A DNA stretch of 64,000 bases from Limnohabitans sp. GTDB taxonomy: Bacteria > Pseudomonadota > Gammaproteobacteria > Burkholderiales > Burkholderiaceae_C. The notes beneath the pieces are model-generated. The model saw only the letters and a program-made list of their open reading frames with translations. It had not been told where the DNA came from and did no database searches. The position numbers were made by a program, and so were the translations under genes. Of the stretch, positions 11,149 through 22,025 are shown one piece after another; within the stretch, counting starts at the first letter, position 1; the number at the start of each line of letters is the position of its first letter. The stretch covers positions 670 through 64,669 of the forward strand of contig SHXD01000010.1 in NCBI GenBank assembly GCA_009693505.1. The letters are read 5' to 3'.

Positions 11149-12141
11149 TCAAGTCGCTGACTTGGCGGGAACTTGGTTAAGGGGTGTGAGCGCATGGCCA
11201 GTGGCGAAGAAGGAAACCAAGTTATCGGCAGCCAGTTGGGCCATGGCCAAGCGAGTTTTGACAGTTGAGCTGGCGATGTGAGGCGTGAGCACCACATTGG
11301 GCAGCGTTAACAAATCAGGATGCACAGCAGGCTCGCCTTCAAACACATCCAAACCAGCTGCCGCAATTTGCTTGTTTTTAAGCGCCAATGCCAAAGCCGC
11401 ATCGTCCACAATGCCACCACGTGCAATGTTTACCAACGTGGCCGTTGGCTTCATTTGGGCAATTTCTTTAGAACCTATGCTGTGATGTGAAGCAGCGCTG
11501 TAGGGCAGAACCAAGACCAAGTGGTCTGCAGTTTTGAGAAGCGTCTCTTTGTCTACATAAGTAGCTTTACATTCGTTCTCAGTTGCTGCATCGAGTGGGC
11601 TTCTGTTGTGATAAAAGACCTTCATGCCAAAGCCTAGGGCGCCGCGGCGTGCAATGGCTTGCCCGATGCGTCCCATGCCCAAAATGCCCAAGGTGCTGCC
11701 GTGAACTTCTGCGCCCGCAAACATGTCGTAGCGCCATTGCTTCCAAAGACCTGCGCGCAAGTAATGTTCGCTTTCTGTCATTCGACGCGCTGTGGCCATG
11801 ATGAGTGCAAAGCCGAAGTCAGCGGTTGTTTCAGTGAGCACGTCGGGCGTATTGCTTGCAATGACACCCAAGGTGGTCATGGCGGGAACATCAAAGTTAT
11901 TAAAGCCTACCGCCATGTTGGCTGCTATCTTGAGCCTTGGTTGTGCGCCCAACACGAGTGCGTTGATGGGGTCAGAGCCTGTGGTTAAAGCAGCATCATG
12001 GCTGGCTATGGCTTGTTGCCATGCATCGGGCGTCCAAGCTTGATCCGATTGATTGCTGGTGACCTCAAATTTTTCAGACAGTGAATCAATGACCGATTGA
12101 AAAATGGGTCTGGCCACTAACAACTTAGGCTTCATGCGCAA
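11149..12141 (-). CDS. ghrB: D-isomer-specific 2-hydroxyacid dehydrogenase (GhrB-like glyoxylate/hydroxypyruvate reductase)
   Basis: NTPDVLTETTAD, GMGRIG, NIARGGIVD, GLDVFEGEP, LTPHIAS. Confidence 0.85.
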   Translation of the reverse strand: MRMKPKLLVARPIFQSVIDSLSEKFEVTSNQSDQAWTPDAWQQAIASHDAALTTGSDPINALVLGAQPRLKIAANMAVGFNNFDVPAMTTLGVIASNTPDVLTETTADFGFALIMATARRMTESEHYLRAGLWKQWRYDMFAGAEVHGSTLGILGMGRIGQAIARRGALGFGMKVFYHNRSPLDAATENECKATYVDKETLLKTADHLVLVLPYSAASHHSIGSKEIAQMKPTATLVNIARGGIVDDAALALALKNKQIAAAGLDVFEGEPAVHPDLLTLPNVVLTPHIASSTVKTRLAMAQLAADNLVSFFATGHALTPLNQVPAKSAT

Positions 12142-12202
12142 ACTTTCAAATGAATGATGGAAGTGTTAAACATTGTGAAAAAATTCAAACTTAGGTGCAA
12201 AT

Positions 12203-13486
12203 TCAGTGGGTCAATTGATATTGAAAGATGTAGAAAAAAGCGCCACCAAAATATCCCAATAGCGCCAACAAACTAATCTTCTTCATGTACCAGAGGAAAT
12301 CAATTTTTTCCAAACCCATGGCCGCCACACCTGCGGCTGAGCCAATGATCAAAATAGAACCGCCTGTGCCAGCACAGTAAGCAATGAACTCCCACAAGAA
12401 ACTGTCTGTAGGATATTCAGCCAAACTGTACATGCCCATTGATGCCGCCACCAAGGGCACGTTGTCCACCACGGCACTGACCAAACCAATCAGTATCACA
12501 ATGACATCCAAGCGACCCACGACAGCGTTTAACCACTGCGCCACTGACGTCAAAATGTGAGCATGTTCCAAACTTGCCACCGCCAGCAGAATGCCGACAA
12601 AGAACAAAATAGAGCTCATGTCAATGCGCGTTAAAGCGCTGACCAAAGTGAAGCGCTCTTTGTCTTCATCTGATTTTTCACGGTGCATTAAATCACCCAC
12701 CAACCAAAGCAGGCCCAAGCCAAACAAGATGCCCAAAAAAGGTGGCAAGTGCGTGATGGTTTTAAAAGCAGGTACCGCCACCAAAATGCCCAGGCCCATG
12801 AAAAACACGAGTTGTCGCTCAAAGGCGGTGGTTTCAATTTGACCCGCATTGACTTCGCGTGACGGCGCTTCAACCAAGCGGCCCCGCAACATGTAAGCAG
12901 TGACTGACAAAGGCACTAAAAGGTTAACCATGGAGGGTATGAACAAGCCCTTCATGATTTCCATGGTGGTCACTTGCCCACCAATCCAAAGCATGGTGGT
13001 GGTCACGTCACCAATGGGCGACCATGCGCCACCCGCATTGGCAGCAATCACAATCATGCCCGCAAAAAAGAGTCGGTCCTCACGTTTGTCTAACAGCTTC
13101 TTCATGAGGGACACCATGACAATGGTGGTGGTGAGGTTGTCCAAAATGGAACTTAGAAAAAACGTCACAAAGCCAACAAGCCACATCAAGCTTGAAAGTT
13201 GTGTGGTGCGTATACGGGAGGTAATGACTTCGAAACCATTGTGTGCGGCCACCACCTCCACAATGGTCATGGCTCCTATGAGGAAGAACACAATTTGAGC
13301 GGTTGATATAAGCGACTCACCCATAGCCGTCTCTACAACTTTGGCTTCAGGGCCTGAAATGGCATAAATGGTCCAGAGTAACCCAGCGCCAATGAGTGCC
13401 GTAGCAGACTTGTTGATTTTAATGGGGTGTTCGAATGCAATGGCCGCATAGGTCATCACAAAGACAGCAATCAATAGGGTGTTCAT
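12203..13486 (-). CDS. nhaD: NhaD-type Na+/H+ antiporter (ion transporter superfamily)
   Basis: [46 protein letters not shown]. Confidence 0.85.
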   Translation of the reverse strand: MNTLLIAVFVMTYAAIAFEHPIKINKSATALIGAGLLWTIYAISGPEAKVVETAMGESLISTAQIVFFLIGAMTIVEVVAAHNGFEVITSRIRTTQLSSLMWLVGFVTFFLSSILDNLTTTIVMVSLMKKLLDKREDRLFFAGMIVIAANAGGAWSPIGDVTTTMLWIGGQVTTMEIMKGLFIPSMVNLLVPLSVTAYMLRGRLVEAPSREVNAGQIETTAFERQLVFFMGLGILVAVPAFKTITHLPPFLGILFGLGLLWLVGDLMHREKSDEDKERFTLVSALTRIDMSSILFFVGILLAVASLEHAHILTSVAQWLNAVVGRLDVIVILIGLVSAVVDNVPLVAASMGMYSLAEYPTDSFLWEFIAYCAGTGGSILIIGSAAGVAAMGLEKIDFLWYMKKISLLALLGYFGGAFFYIFQYQLTH

Positions 13487-14667
13487 TCAATTTCCTTGAT
13501 CTCAAAAACCTGTCGCAAATAGGCCAAATAATTTTGATCCTCACACATGCCTTTACCAGGTGAGTCTGACAACTTGGCGACTGGCTGCCCGTTGCATTGC
13601 ACCATCTTGATGACGATTTGCAAAGGCTCATAGCCAAGGTCATTGGTCAGATTGGTTCCGATACCAAATGCCAACTGACAGCGCCCGCTGAATTGTCGGA
13701 ACAACTCAATGGTTTTAGGGACCGTGAGACCATCACTGAAAATGAGCGTTTTGGTGAGTGGGTCGACACGATTGGCGCGGTAATGCGCAATCATGCGCTC
13801 ACCCCAAATGAAGGGATCACCGCTGTCATGCCGAGCGCCGTCGAAAAGCTTGCAGAAGTACATGTCGAAATCGCGCAAGAAGGCATTGAAGCCATAGACA
13901 TCACTCAAGGCGATGCCCAAATCACCCCGATATTCACGCGCCCAAGACTCAAAGGCAAACACTTGACTGTCACGCAACCTGGGCCCTAAAGCCTGACATG
14001 CCTGAAGATATTCATGCGCCATGGTACCTAGGGGCGTGAGCCCCAGCATGTGCGCAAAATGCACATTGCTGGTACCTGTAAATTGTCCTGTCGGGCCTGA
14101 GCCCAAGCGACCAATAAGCACACGCAGAATTTCTTCATGCCACGCTTTGGAAAAGCGTCTTCGTGTGCCGTAATCGGCAATCTTCAAAGTTTTCAAATCA
14201 TCAGCTTGCAATTGCTTGATTTTGGTATTAAGCCGCGACCGGCCTTCCATCAAATCGGGCAAGCGCTGAGTGTTTCTAAAGTAGACCTCATTGACAATGG
14301 CCAACACGGGGATTTCAAACAAAATAGTGTGGAGCCACGGGCCCTGAATGACGATGTCAATTTCACCCGTTAAATTGGGCGTGACTTGAATGTATTTTTC
14401 ATTCAGTCTGAACAAGCCTAAAAAGTCGATGAAGTCACTTTTGATGAATCTAAAAGAACGCAAATAAGTCAGCTCATCTTCTTTGAAGTGCAAGCTACAA
14501 AGAGATTTGATTTCGCTGCGAATCTCGTCCACATAAGGGGCCAAATCGATACCAGCATTGCGGCACTTGAAGCGATATTCCACTTGCGCACCAGGAAACT
14601 GATGCAGCACCACCTGCATCATGGTGAACTTGTAGAGGTCTGTGTCCAGCAAACTGGTAATGATCAT
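13483..14667 (-). CDS. pncB: Nicotinate phosphoribosyltransferase
   Basis: [43 protein letters not shown]. Confidence 0.96.
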   Translation of the reverse strand: MIITSLLDTDLYKFTMMQVVLHQFPGAQVEYRFKCRNAGIDLAPYVDEIRSEIKSLCSLHFKEDELTYLRSFRFIKSDFIDFLGLFRLNEKYIQVTPNLTGEIDIVIQGPWLHTILFEIPVLAIVNEVYFRNTQRLPDLMEGRSRLNTKIKQLQADDLKTLKIADYGTRRRFSKAWHEEILRVLIGRLGSGPTGQFTGTSNVHFAHMLGLTPLGTMAHEYLQACQALGPRLRDSQVFAFESWAREYRGDLGIALSDVYGFNAFLRDFDMYFCKLFDGARHDSGDPFIWGERMIAHYRANRVDPLTKTLIFSDGLTVPKTIELFRQFSGRCQLAFGIGTNLTNDLGYEPLQIVIKMVQCNGQPVAKLSDSPGKGMCEDQNYLAYLRQVFEIKEIE

Positions 14668-14721
14668 GTCAAGAATAGCTTCTTTGTAGGGGTGTGATGA
14701 GTGTACGTGAAGCAGGCCGAT

Positions 14722-15369
14722 TTATTGAATAACACCACCAGACAAGGTCATCACCTTGTCCGCCATGCCTGTCAGGGTCTGGTTTTGCTCAGCAATTAAG
14801 AATGTATAACCCTGCGACTTCAGTGTTGCCAAAGCCCGCGCTATGGCCTGAACCAAAACGGGTGCAATGCCCTCACAAGGCTCATCCAAAATCAACACAT
14901 CGGCCTGAGTCATCAAGGTTCTGCCAATGGCCAGCATTTGCTGCTCTCCCCCGCTCATTTGCGCCGCGGGGCGCTCAAGCATGCTTGCCAAGCTTGGAAA
15001 CAAATCCAAGACTTCTTGAAGCTTCAAACCAGGCTGTCCATGATGCCTCTGTTTAGGCTGGTTGGGAATCGCAATTTCTAAATTTTGACGAACTGTCAGA
15101 GCAGAAAATAGTCGGCGGTCTTCAGGCACATAGCCCAAGCCCTTGAGAGATCGCTCATGCGGTTTCAATGAATGCAAAGCTTGGCCTTGCCAGAGCAAGT
15201 TACCCGTTGACTGCGGCATCAGGCCCATGATGGCTTTGAGCAAGCTGGACTTTCCAGTACCATTCAAACCTCGAATCAACAACATGTTGCCCCGAGGCAC
15301 AACAAAAGACACATTGAACAAGACTTGGGCTTGTCCATAACTGGCATTGAGGTTTTGAATCTCAAGCAC
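14722..15369 (-). CDS. Branched-chain amino acid-type ABC ATPase (LivF-like)
   Basis: GLNGTGKS, MSGGEQQMLAIGR, LDEP; likely GTG start at 15369 overlapping the upstream stop. Confidence 0.85.
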   Translation of the reverse strand: MLEIQNLNASYGQAQVLFNVSFVVPRGNMLLIRGLNGTGKSSLLKAIMGLMPQSTGNLLWQGQALHSLKPHERSLKGLGYVPEDRRLFSALTVRQNLEIAIPNQPKQRHHGQPGLKLQEVLDLFPSLASMLERPAAQMSGGEQQMLAIGRTLMTQADVLILDEPCEGIAPVLVQAIARALATLKSQGYTFLIAEQNQTLTGMADKVMTLSGGVIQ

Positions 15370-16150
15370 GAACAGGCTCCTGGCCCAAGGAAAAATGCTG
15401 TCCCAAATATCTTTCACGAACAACTGAATGAGCCGCAACTTCTTCAGGCGATCCTTGGGCCACCAGTTGGCCATCGATCAAGACCAAAACACGATCAGCC
15501 ACACCAAACACAGCGTCCATGTTATGTTCGGTATACAAAACCGTCGTACCCAAATGGGTCATGCGTTTGACGCGCTCCATCATGTCGGCTCGCTCTTCAG
15601 GTGCAAGTCCTGCAGCGGGTTCGTCAAGCAACATCAGGCCCTGACTGGCGTCGGGCAATCCTGCCATGGCCATGGCCAATTCCAAACGTTTTTTGCCACC
15701 ATACGAAAGACGAGCTGCAGGCGATCGAAGCATCTCTTCACCCAGATCGCTCAAACCAGCTTGAGCCACCCAATGCCTTGCTTCGTCAAGCAAACATTCA
15801 TCCAACAGATCTCGCATTGAAACACCATGCGCAGCCTGCAGGACCAACTGCAAATTTTGAAGGACTGTGAGCGCTTCAAACACTTGCGCGACTTGGAAAG
15901 TTCTGGCCACCCCAAAACGGGTTCGCATCTCAACCGTTGACTCCTGCAAATCGTGACCTCGCCACACAAGGCTTCCCGCCAGCGCTTTTTGTTGACCCGC
16001 CAAACAAGCAAAGCAGGTTGACTTACCCGCGCCATTGGGCCCGATCAGGGCCACACATTCACCAGCTTGTAGTTCAAAGCTCACTCCCCTGAGCGCTTGA
16101 ACACCACCGTAGCTTTGCCGCAGTCCCTCGACGCTCAAGACGGTTTTCAT
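15362..16150 (-). CDS. Branched-chain amino acid-type ABC ATPase (LivG-like)
   Basis: GPNGAGKST, ARTFQ, LSYGGKKRLE, LDEPAAG, EHNM. Confidence 0.88.
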   Translation of the reverse strand: MKTVLSVEGLRQSYGGVQALRGVSFELQAGECVALIGPNGAGKSTCFACLAGQQKALAGSLVWRGHDLQESTVEMRTRFGVARTFQVAQVFEALTVLQNLQLVLQAAHGVSMRDLLDECLLDEARHWVAQAGLSDLGEEMLRSPAARLSYGGKKRLELAMAMAGLPDASQGLMLLDEPAAGLAPEERADMMERVKRMTHLGTTVLYTEHNMDAVFGVADRVLVLIDGQLVAQGSPEEVAAHSVVRERYLGQHFSLGQEPVRA

Positions 16151-18000
16151 AGGGCTGTGGTACCTTTGTTTTTTTTGAATTTTCTAAGACCCAAAATTCC
16201 CTCTGGTGCAAAGACCATCAACAGCATGATGAGAAGACCCAAACTGCCTCTCCAGTATTCAAAGTGTCGCCCTATTTCTGAGCCCACTCCAACCAAAAAT
16301 AGACTGCCTGCAAATGCGCCCCAAAGCTGATGCACACCACCCAATAAAACGACCATCAACGCATCAACTGAATTGGAAACAGACGCCACTGAAGGAAAAA
16401 CGGCGCCTTTGCTGATGGCCCACAAACCACCCGACAAACCCGCCAAGCCAGCGCTCAATAAAAATACACGCTGATTCAAGTTCGCGACATCCAGTGCGCT
16501 GGATTGCGCCCTTTGAGGCGCATCGCGCCCAGCCTGCAAGGCTGCGCCAAAACTAGAACGAATCAATCGAGAGAAACCGAACAAGGACACAAAGCACAAC
16601 AAAATAAGGACAGCTTGAAAAATCCAACGCGGCATGCTGTCAAAAAATTGTAACCCAATCAAACCGTTGTCGCCTCCCGTGAATGACACCCATTGACTGG
16701 CACTGGCCCACACCATTTGAGCGAACGCCAATGACAACATGGCCAAATAAACGCCCGTACTGCGCTGCAGTAATTTGCCCATACAAAGCGCCGCCAAGAA
16801 GGCTACCACCACACCCGCCAGCGCAGCCATGATCGCATTGAAGTGCCAGTACAAATGACTTAATGCCGCAGCATAAGCACCAAGACCAAAATAAGCTGCG
16901 TGGCCAAAGCTTACCCACCCCGACAAGGCCATCATCCACTGCAAACTCAGGCCAAAGAGCATCATGATGAGCACATTTTCCAAGACACTTTGCGTGTATT
17001 CACCTGCAGTGAAAAGGACGATGCCGCTAGCGGCCAAAACAATCCAGCCGATCCATTCGAAAAATCGATTGTCACCACCCAATTTAAATGCCGTGACCTT
17101 TTCGCGGGGCGCTGCACCAGGCAGTTCTCCCATCAAGCCTTGGGGCCTGACTGCCAGTACCAACGCCATGGTTAAAAATACCAAGATCAGTGTGGCTTGT
17201 GGGAAAAAGTGAATGCCAAAAGCATGTACAAAGCCAATCAAGATGGCCGCAAAAAAAGCGCCAGCGATGCTGCCTAGACCACCCATCACCACCACCACAA
17301 AAGTCTCGACCACCATTTGTAAGTCCATTTGCAAATTAGCGGGCTCTCTTGGCAATTGCAAAGCACCCGCCAAACCTGCCAAGCCACAACCCAGAACCAC
17401 CACACTCAACAGCAGCGGTGCCGGGTTAACACCCAAGGCATCCAGCATGTCTCTGTCTTGCGTGGCAGCGCGCACGCGTTGCCCCCACTTTGTTCGGGTG
17501 AGCAAGCCATGCAGCAACGCCCATACAACAGGACCCAAACAGAGCGTCACGATTTGCCATTGAGGGAAGAAATCTTCCCCCACTTGAACAGCACCCTTCA
17601 AACCCGGAAAGCGCGGCGCAAAAACTTCACCGGGCCCTAAGGCCCAAAGTAAGACATCGTGAATGACCAAACTCAAACCAAAGGTGGCCACCAAGGGGTA
17701 TAGCGGCGGCGAATGGCGCAAAGGTCTAAACAAAAAAACCTCAGCAAGGCCGCCTAGCAAGGCTGCCGCCGTGGCACCCAACAACATGGCCAACAAGTAA
17801 GCGCTGCCATGCTCAGACCAAGCAGGTAGCCATTGGGTGACCAAGGTACCTGCGAGCAATGCGCCCAGCATGTAAAAACTACCGTGCGCAAAATTGACAA
17901 TGCGGGTTACACCAAACACCAGCGTCAAACCAGCAGCCATGATGAAAAGTGTGCTTGCGTGGCTTAAGCCATTCAAACACTGGATGACCCAAAAACTCAT
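16147..18000 (-). CDS. Fused LivH/LivM-type ABC permease
   Basis: NFAHGSFYMLG in the N-half and VSFGHAAYFGLGAY / TGGDNG in the C-half; 617 aa, hydrophobic. Confidence 0.88.
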   Translation of the reverse strand: MSFWVIQCLNGLSHASTLFIMAAGLTLVFGVTRIVNFAHGSFYMLGALLAGTLVTQWLPAWSEHGSAYLLAMLLGATAAALLGGLAEVFLFRPLRHSPPLYPLVATFGLSLVIHDVLLWALGPGEVFAPRFPGLKGAVQVGEDFFPQWQIVTLCLGPVVWALLHGLLTRTKWGQRVRAATQDRDMLDALGVNPAPLLLSVVVLGCGLAGLAGALQLPREPANLQMDLQMVVETFVVVVMGGLGSIAGAFFAAILIGFVHAFGIHFFPQATLILVFLTMALVLAVRPQGLMGELPGAAPREKVTAFKLGGDNRFFEWIGWIVLAASGIVLFTAGEYTQSVLENVLIMMLFGLSLQWMMALSGWVSFGHAAYFGLGAYAAALSHLYWHFNAIMAALAGVVVAFLAALCMGKLLQRSTGVYLAMLSLAFAQMVWASASQWVSFTGGDNGLIGLQFFDSMPRWIFQAVLILLCFVSLFGFSRLIRSSFGAALQAGRDAPQRAQSSALDVANLNQRVFLLSAGLAGLSGGLWAISKGAVFPSVASVSNSVDALMVVLLGGVHQLWGAFAGSLFLVGVGSEIGRHFEYWRGSLGLLIMLLMVFAPEGILGLRKFKKNKGTTAL

Positions 18001-18731
18001 TCAATCCAATGCGTAAAGCTGCTGGCGTCTACGCGCGTGGTCTTGAAAGTATTCACCAGTGCAGCCTCATCGGCGTAGCCCAATGACAAGCCACAGACCA
18101 TCATTTCGTTCTCGCCTGCACCCACATGTTGGTAAATGATTTTTGAAAAACTATTCCAGGCGGCTTGCGGGCAAGTGTGCAAGCCACGGGCCCTGGCTGC
18201 CACCATCAGACTTTGCAAGAACATGCCGTAATCGAGCAAACTGCCGCGGCCCATGACTTTGTCAAGGGTAAAGATCAGGCCTACAGGCGCCCCAAAAAAT
18301 CGGAAGTTTTGTTGATGCTGCAAATGCATTTTGTCTTTGTCGCCCTTGCCTATTCCCAATACACCATACAAGCCAAAGCCACACTCACGGCGTCTGTCAA
18401 TATAGGGGCTCACCCACTTGCTGGGGTAGTAATCGTATTCTTCTGCATGCTCGGCGGCCAATGCAGGATTGACAGCCATGGCGTTGTGCGCTTCACAAAC
18501 TTCGCTCACCAGCCTGTCTTTGGCTGCGCCCTGCAACACATAAACTTTCCAGGGCTGCGTGTTGGTGCCACTGGGTGAACGTGCTGCAACTTGTAACAAA
18601 TCCTCCAACACAGCCCTCTCGACAGGCTTGTTCAAATAGGCTCGCGTAGAAAATCGGCTCAAGATAGCCGCATCTACGCTACCACGGTCAGCGATGACCG
18701 TACTCACTTGGGTTGTTGTCAGTTCTTTCAT
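17997..18731 (-). CDS. Nitroreductase family flavoprotein
   Basis: SRFSTRAY, SPSGTNTQPW, FFGAPV, GLHTCPQ. Confidence 0.9.
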   Translation of the reverse strand: MKELTTTQVSTVIADRGSVDAAILSRFSTRAYLNKPVERAVLEDLLQVAARSPSGTNTQPWKVYVLQGAAKDRLVSEVCEAHNAMAVNPALAAEHAEEYDYYPSKWVSPYIDRRRECGFGLYGVLGIGKGDKDKMHLQHQQNFRFFGAPVGLIFTLDKVMGRGSLLDYGMFLQSLMVAARARGLHTCPQAAWNSFSKIIYQHVGAGENEMMVCGLSLGYADEAALVNTFKTTRVDASSFTHWIE

Positions 18732-19165
18732 GAGAGTGCTTCCAAGACTTTGATAAATGATTCAGAAAGGGCTTGAGGTCTGCGAGTTTGTTTGTTCACA
18801 TAGACATGAACAAAGTACCCGCGTGCCGCAGTAAGGGGCTCATCTTTTGCAAACAAGCCCACTTCATATTTCACGCTAGATGTGCCGCGATGCGCCACCC
18901 TGATGCCAGCCTCGATGGTCTGGGGAAATGCCAGCGGCGCAAAGTAATTGCATTGCGTTTCTACCACCAGGCCAATGGTTTCACCTTGGTGAATGTCCAA
19001 CACACCCTGCTCAATCAGGTGCGCATTGACAGCCGTGTCAAACCAACTGTAGTAAACAACATTGTTCACATGGCCATACACGTCGTTGTCCAACCATCGG
19101 GTGGTGATGGGGCGAAAAGCGCGGTACTCACTTCGGGGCATCGCTTGCGGTTTGATACTGTCCAT
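18728..19165 (-). CDS. Acyl-CoA thioesterase (hotdog, 4HBT/YbgC-like)
   Basis: TRWLDNDVYGHVNNVVYY motif. Confidence 0.9.
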   Translation of the reverse strand: MDSIKPQAMPRSEYRAFRPITTRWLDNDVYGHVNNVVYYSWFDTAVNAHLIEQGVLDIHQGETIGLVVETQCNYFAPLAFPQTIEAGIRVAHRGTSSVKYEVGLFAKDEPLTAARGYFVHVYVNKQTRRPQALSESFIKVLEALS

Positions 19166-19187
19166 TTTGGAATTGTGTGATGCTTTG

Positions 19188-20117
19188 TCAGAAGCCCCGA
19201 TTTTGCCAGTGAAGCCAGTGCAAATGCGCCAAACGCCATGTGTTCATTTGCACCGCCACAGTGGTCTCTAAGTCATGGCCATAGCCACCTCCCATGCAAA
19301 TGATCATGGGCAATTTTTTTTCTTGGGCCCAATCAAACACCCTTTGGTCCCTGGCGGCCATGCCAGCCTCCGTCAGTTTGAGCCTGCCAAGACGGTCTCC
19401 CTCATGCGCATCAGCTCCCGCCAAATAGATTAAAAAGTCGGGCGAAAATCGACTTGATGCCTGCACAAGGGCTTGTTCCAAAGCTTCTAAATAAGCTGGG
19501 TCTGTACAACCATCAGGCAAACCCACATCCAGGTCGCTGTTGACTTTTCTGAATGGAAAGTTCTTTTCTCCATGCAAGGACAAGGTAAAAACACTGGCAT
19601 CTTCCGCAAAGATACTGGCTGTGCCGTTGCCTTGGTGGACATCCAAATCGACCACCATGATCTTAAGCGTTCGTTTTGAAACTCGAAAATGCTCCATCTG
19701 GAGCACCCTGGCCGCAACGGCAATGTCGTTGAAAACACAAAATCCGCCCCCCTGCGCCGCACTGGCATGGTGTGTGCCACCGGCCAAGTTGCCCGCAATG
19801 CCCTCTTTCATGGCCACCCTGGCAGCGGCCACAGAAGCGCCCACCGACCGAAGCGACCGCTCTGCCATGGCCGGTGTCCAAGGAAATCCAATCTCCCTTT
19901 GGGCTTGCGGGCTCAGACTTCCTGATTTAACAGCCTGAACGTATTCAGGGGCATGCGCCAGGGCCAACTCGCCATCAGTTGCCGCTGGCGCCTCCAGCAT
20001 TTGCACCTCTTGGATTGCAGTGATCATGCTGTTGCGCAGCATGCTGTACTTGGCCATGGGAAAGCGATGCCCCTCTGGCAAAGGCAACACAAAGTGGTCG
20101 GAATAGAAAGCTTTCAT
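19188..20117 (-). CDS. Histone deacetylase family (Zn-dependent amidohydrolase)
   Basis: GHRFPMAKY, GGTHHA, GFCVFND, DLDVHQGNGT, GADAHEGD, GGGY. Confidence 0.92.
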   Translation of the reverse strand: MKAFYSDHFVLPLPEGHRFPMAKYSMLRNSMITAIQEVQMLEAPAATDGELALAHAPEYVQAVKSGSLSPQAQREIGFPWTPAMAERSLRSVGASVAAARVAMKEGIAGNLAGGTHHASAAQGGGFCVFNDIAVAARVLQMEHFRVSKRTLKIMVVDLDVHQGNGTASIFAEDASVFTLSLHGEKNFPFRKVNSDLDVGLPDGCTDPAYLEALEQALVQASSRFSPDFLIYLAGADAHEGDRLGRLKLTEAGMAARDQRVFDWAQEKKLPMIICMGGGYGHDLETTVAVQMNTWRLAHLHWLHWQNRGF

Positions 20118-20171
20118 GGCTGAATTGTGACCTTTTCGCATGAATTCAATTTCTAGAACGCCGACTCTAAA

Positions 20172-20247
20172 ATGCTGCATTGCAACAAAAATCTCTTGTA
20201 ATTGGTTTCAGAGCCCCTAAAATCCAACCCATGCTGCACTGCAACAA
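20172..20247. promoter_or_regulatory. Two TGC-rich direct repeats, putative PhaR operators upstream of phasin
   Basis: ATGCTGCATTGCAACAA (20172-20188) and ATGCTGCACTGCAACAA (20231-20247), 16/17 identical. Confidence 0.65.
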
Positions 20248-20337
20248 GATGTTAGGCCCAGCGACAAGCAAAGCCGGTTCAGAGCAGTCCCATTGATACT
20301 TTTTAGACTTTTAACTTTTTAAATTAACGGAGAAATC

Positions 20338-20880
20338 ATGATGACTACAGAACAAATCGTTGCTTCACACAAAGCCAATGTCGAAACCCTTTTCGGTTTG
20401 ACATCCAAAGCCTTCGAAGGCATGGAAAAATTGGTCGAGTTGAACTTGACAGCCACTAAAGCTGCATTGAGCGAGTCAGCTCACAGCACCAAAGCTGCAT
20501 TGAGCGTGAAAGACGCCCAAGAATTGATGGCTTTGCAAGCCAACCTGTTCCAGCCTTTGGCTGAGAAAACAGCTGCTTACAGCCGTCACCTCTATGACAT
20601 CGCTTCTGGCACTTCTAACGAATTCACAAAAACTTTGGAAGCCCAAACAGCTGCTGCTCAAAAGCAGTTCGCTAATTTGGTTGACTCTACAACTTCAAAC
20701 GCCCCTGCTGGCTCTGAGACAGCTGTTGCCATGATGAAAAGCGCCGTGAACGCCGCTAACAATGCTTACGAATCAGTTCAAAAAGCTGTGAAGCAAGCCA
20801 CTGACATGGCTGAAGCCAACATGGCTGCTGTGACCAACACAGCCGTTGCAACTGCTAAGACAGCTGCTAAAAAGCGTTAA
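20338..20880 (+). CDS. phaP: Phasin (PHA granule-associated protein)
   Basis: [57 protein letters not shown]; Ala-rich tail. Confidence 0.93.
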   Translation: MMTTEQIVASHKANVETLFGLTSKAFEGMEKLVELNLTATKAALSESAHSTKAALSVKDAQELMALQANLFQPLAEKTAAYSRHLYDIASGTSNEFTKTLEAQTAAAQKQFANLVDSTTSNAPAGSETAVAMMKSAVNAANNAYESVQKAVKQATDMAEANMAAVTNTAVATAKTAAKKR

Positions 20881-20927
20881 TTAACGCCCTGTGCAAAAGG
20901 CCTGAGTCTCTCTGGCCTTTCTCTGAC

Positions 20928-20957
20928 AAAAAAGCCGGTTTTAGAACCGGCTTTTTT
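20928..20957. terminator. Bidirectional terminator after phaP
   Basis: AAAAAAGCCGGTT-TTAG-AACCGGCTTTTTT. Confidence 0.85.
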
Positions 20958-20979
20958 GTTTCTGACTTTCAAGCCATGT

Positions 20980-21990
20980 TCACGGCTTCGCTGCATAGCC
21001 ACTCAAGACTTCTTTCAGCTTTGGCATGGCTTTGAGCATCGCCTCCCTGCCCGCCTCGATGGACTTTCGCCTGGCCGCAAAGTCAGCACTCTTGACACCC
21101 ATCAATGCCGGTTTGACCACCACATCGGCATCTTTCAACAAAACGGTGTTCAAGCTTTTGCCCATGATGTTGAAGGTCTGCATCAATATTTGAAACGTAT
21201 CCGATGCGGGGCTGCCTTCGGGGTCAGTGGAAATATCAACGGCGATGACCACATTGGCACCCATTTCACGCGCCTGCCGAACTGGAACAGGTGAAACCAA
21301 GCCACCATCAACATACTCTCTGGTGCCAATTTTGACGGGTTGAAATACAGCCGGCACAGCGCTAGAGGCCCTCACAGCTGAGCCAGTGTTGCCTCTTCGA
21401 AACAGCATGGGTTCGCCGTTGTGCAGATCAGTGGCCACAATGCCCAAGGGTATTTTCATTTGCTCAATCAAGCGCCCTGCCACTTGTGTATTCACGTATC
21501 GCGCCAAGGCTTCGCCTCTTAACGCGCCCCGATTCAGAATGGGCATCATCCAATCTGTAATTTCCGCCTCTTCCATGGTCTCCGCCACACGCTTCAGTTG
21601 GGCGCTGTTTTTGCCACTGGCGTACAAAGCGGCAACCAAGCTGCCAGCCGACGTGCCTACAACCAAATCGGGCTGAATGCCAGCCTCTTCCAATACTTGA
21701 ATGACGCCTACGTGTGCAAATCCTCTGGCTGCGCCCCCACCTAGAGCCAAGCCCAAATGCAAAACTTTAAGGGGCACGACAGGTTCAATCGCGATGGGTA
21801 CGACAGGGGTTGTGCCTGTCATGGGTGCCTCAATAGCACCAGGCGTTTTGACAACATTTGTCTCCGGCGCTTTGACACTGGCACAGCCTGTCAAAATAAG
21901 TACACCGATCAAACTCATGCGGCACGCAATGAGCTTGAGCACCTCTGGCCAAACAGGGATTGACCCTAAGGGCCATGGCTTCACTTGCAT
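20980..21990 (-). CDS. Patatin-like phospholipase, probable lipoprotein (start uncertain, 21990 or 21918)
   Basis: GGGAARG oxyanion motif, GTSAG nucleophile, DGG; lipobox-like LTGC. Confidence 0.85.
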   Translation of the reverse strand: MQVKPWPLGSIPVWPEVLKLIACRMSLIGVLILTGCASVKAPETNVVKTPGAIEAPMTGTTPVVPIAIEPVVPLKVLHLGLALGGGAARGFAHVGVIQVLEEAGIQPDLVVGTSAGSLVAALYASGKNSAQLKRVAETMEEAEITDWMMPILNRGALRGEALARYVNTQVAGRLIEQMKIPLGIVATDLHNGEPMLFRRGNTGSAVRASSAVPAVFQPVKIGTREYVDGGLVSPVPVRQAREMGANVVIAVDISTDPEGSPASDTFQILMQTFNIMGKSLNTVLLKDADVVVKPALMGVKSADFAARRKSIEAGREAMLKAMPKLKEVLSGYAAKP

Positions 21991-22025
21991 AATGTCGAAT
22001 CTAATTTTGAAATGCATTGGTTTTA

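Noticed and set aside
14668..14721. Riboswitch or NAD-regulator site before pncB
   Set aside because: Gap is only 54 bp with no recognisable aptamer or palindrome.
20980..21990. Patatin as a CBASS effector or PHA depolymerase
   Set aside because: No cyclase nearby; lipobox points to an envelope lipoprotein, and it is convergent with phaP behind a terminator.
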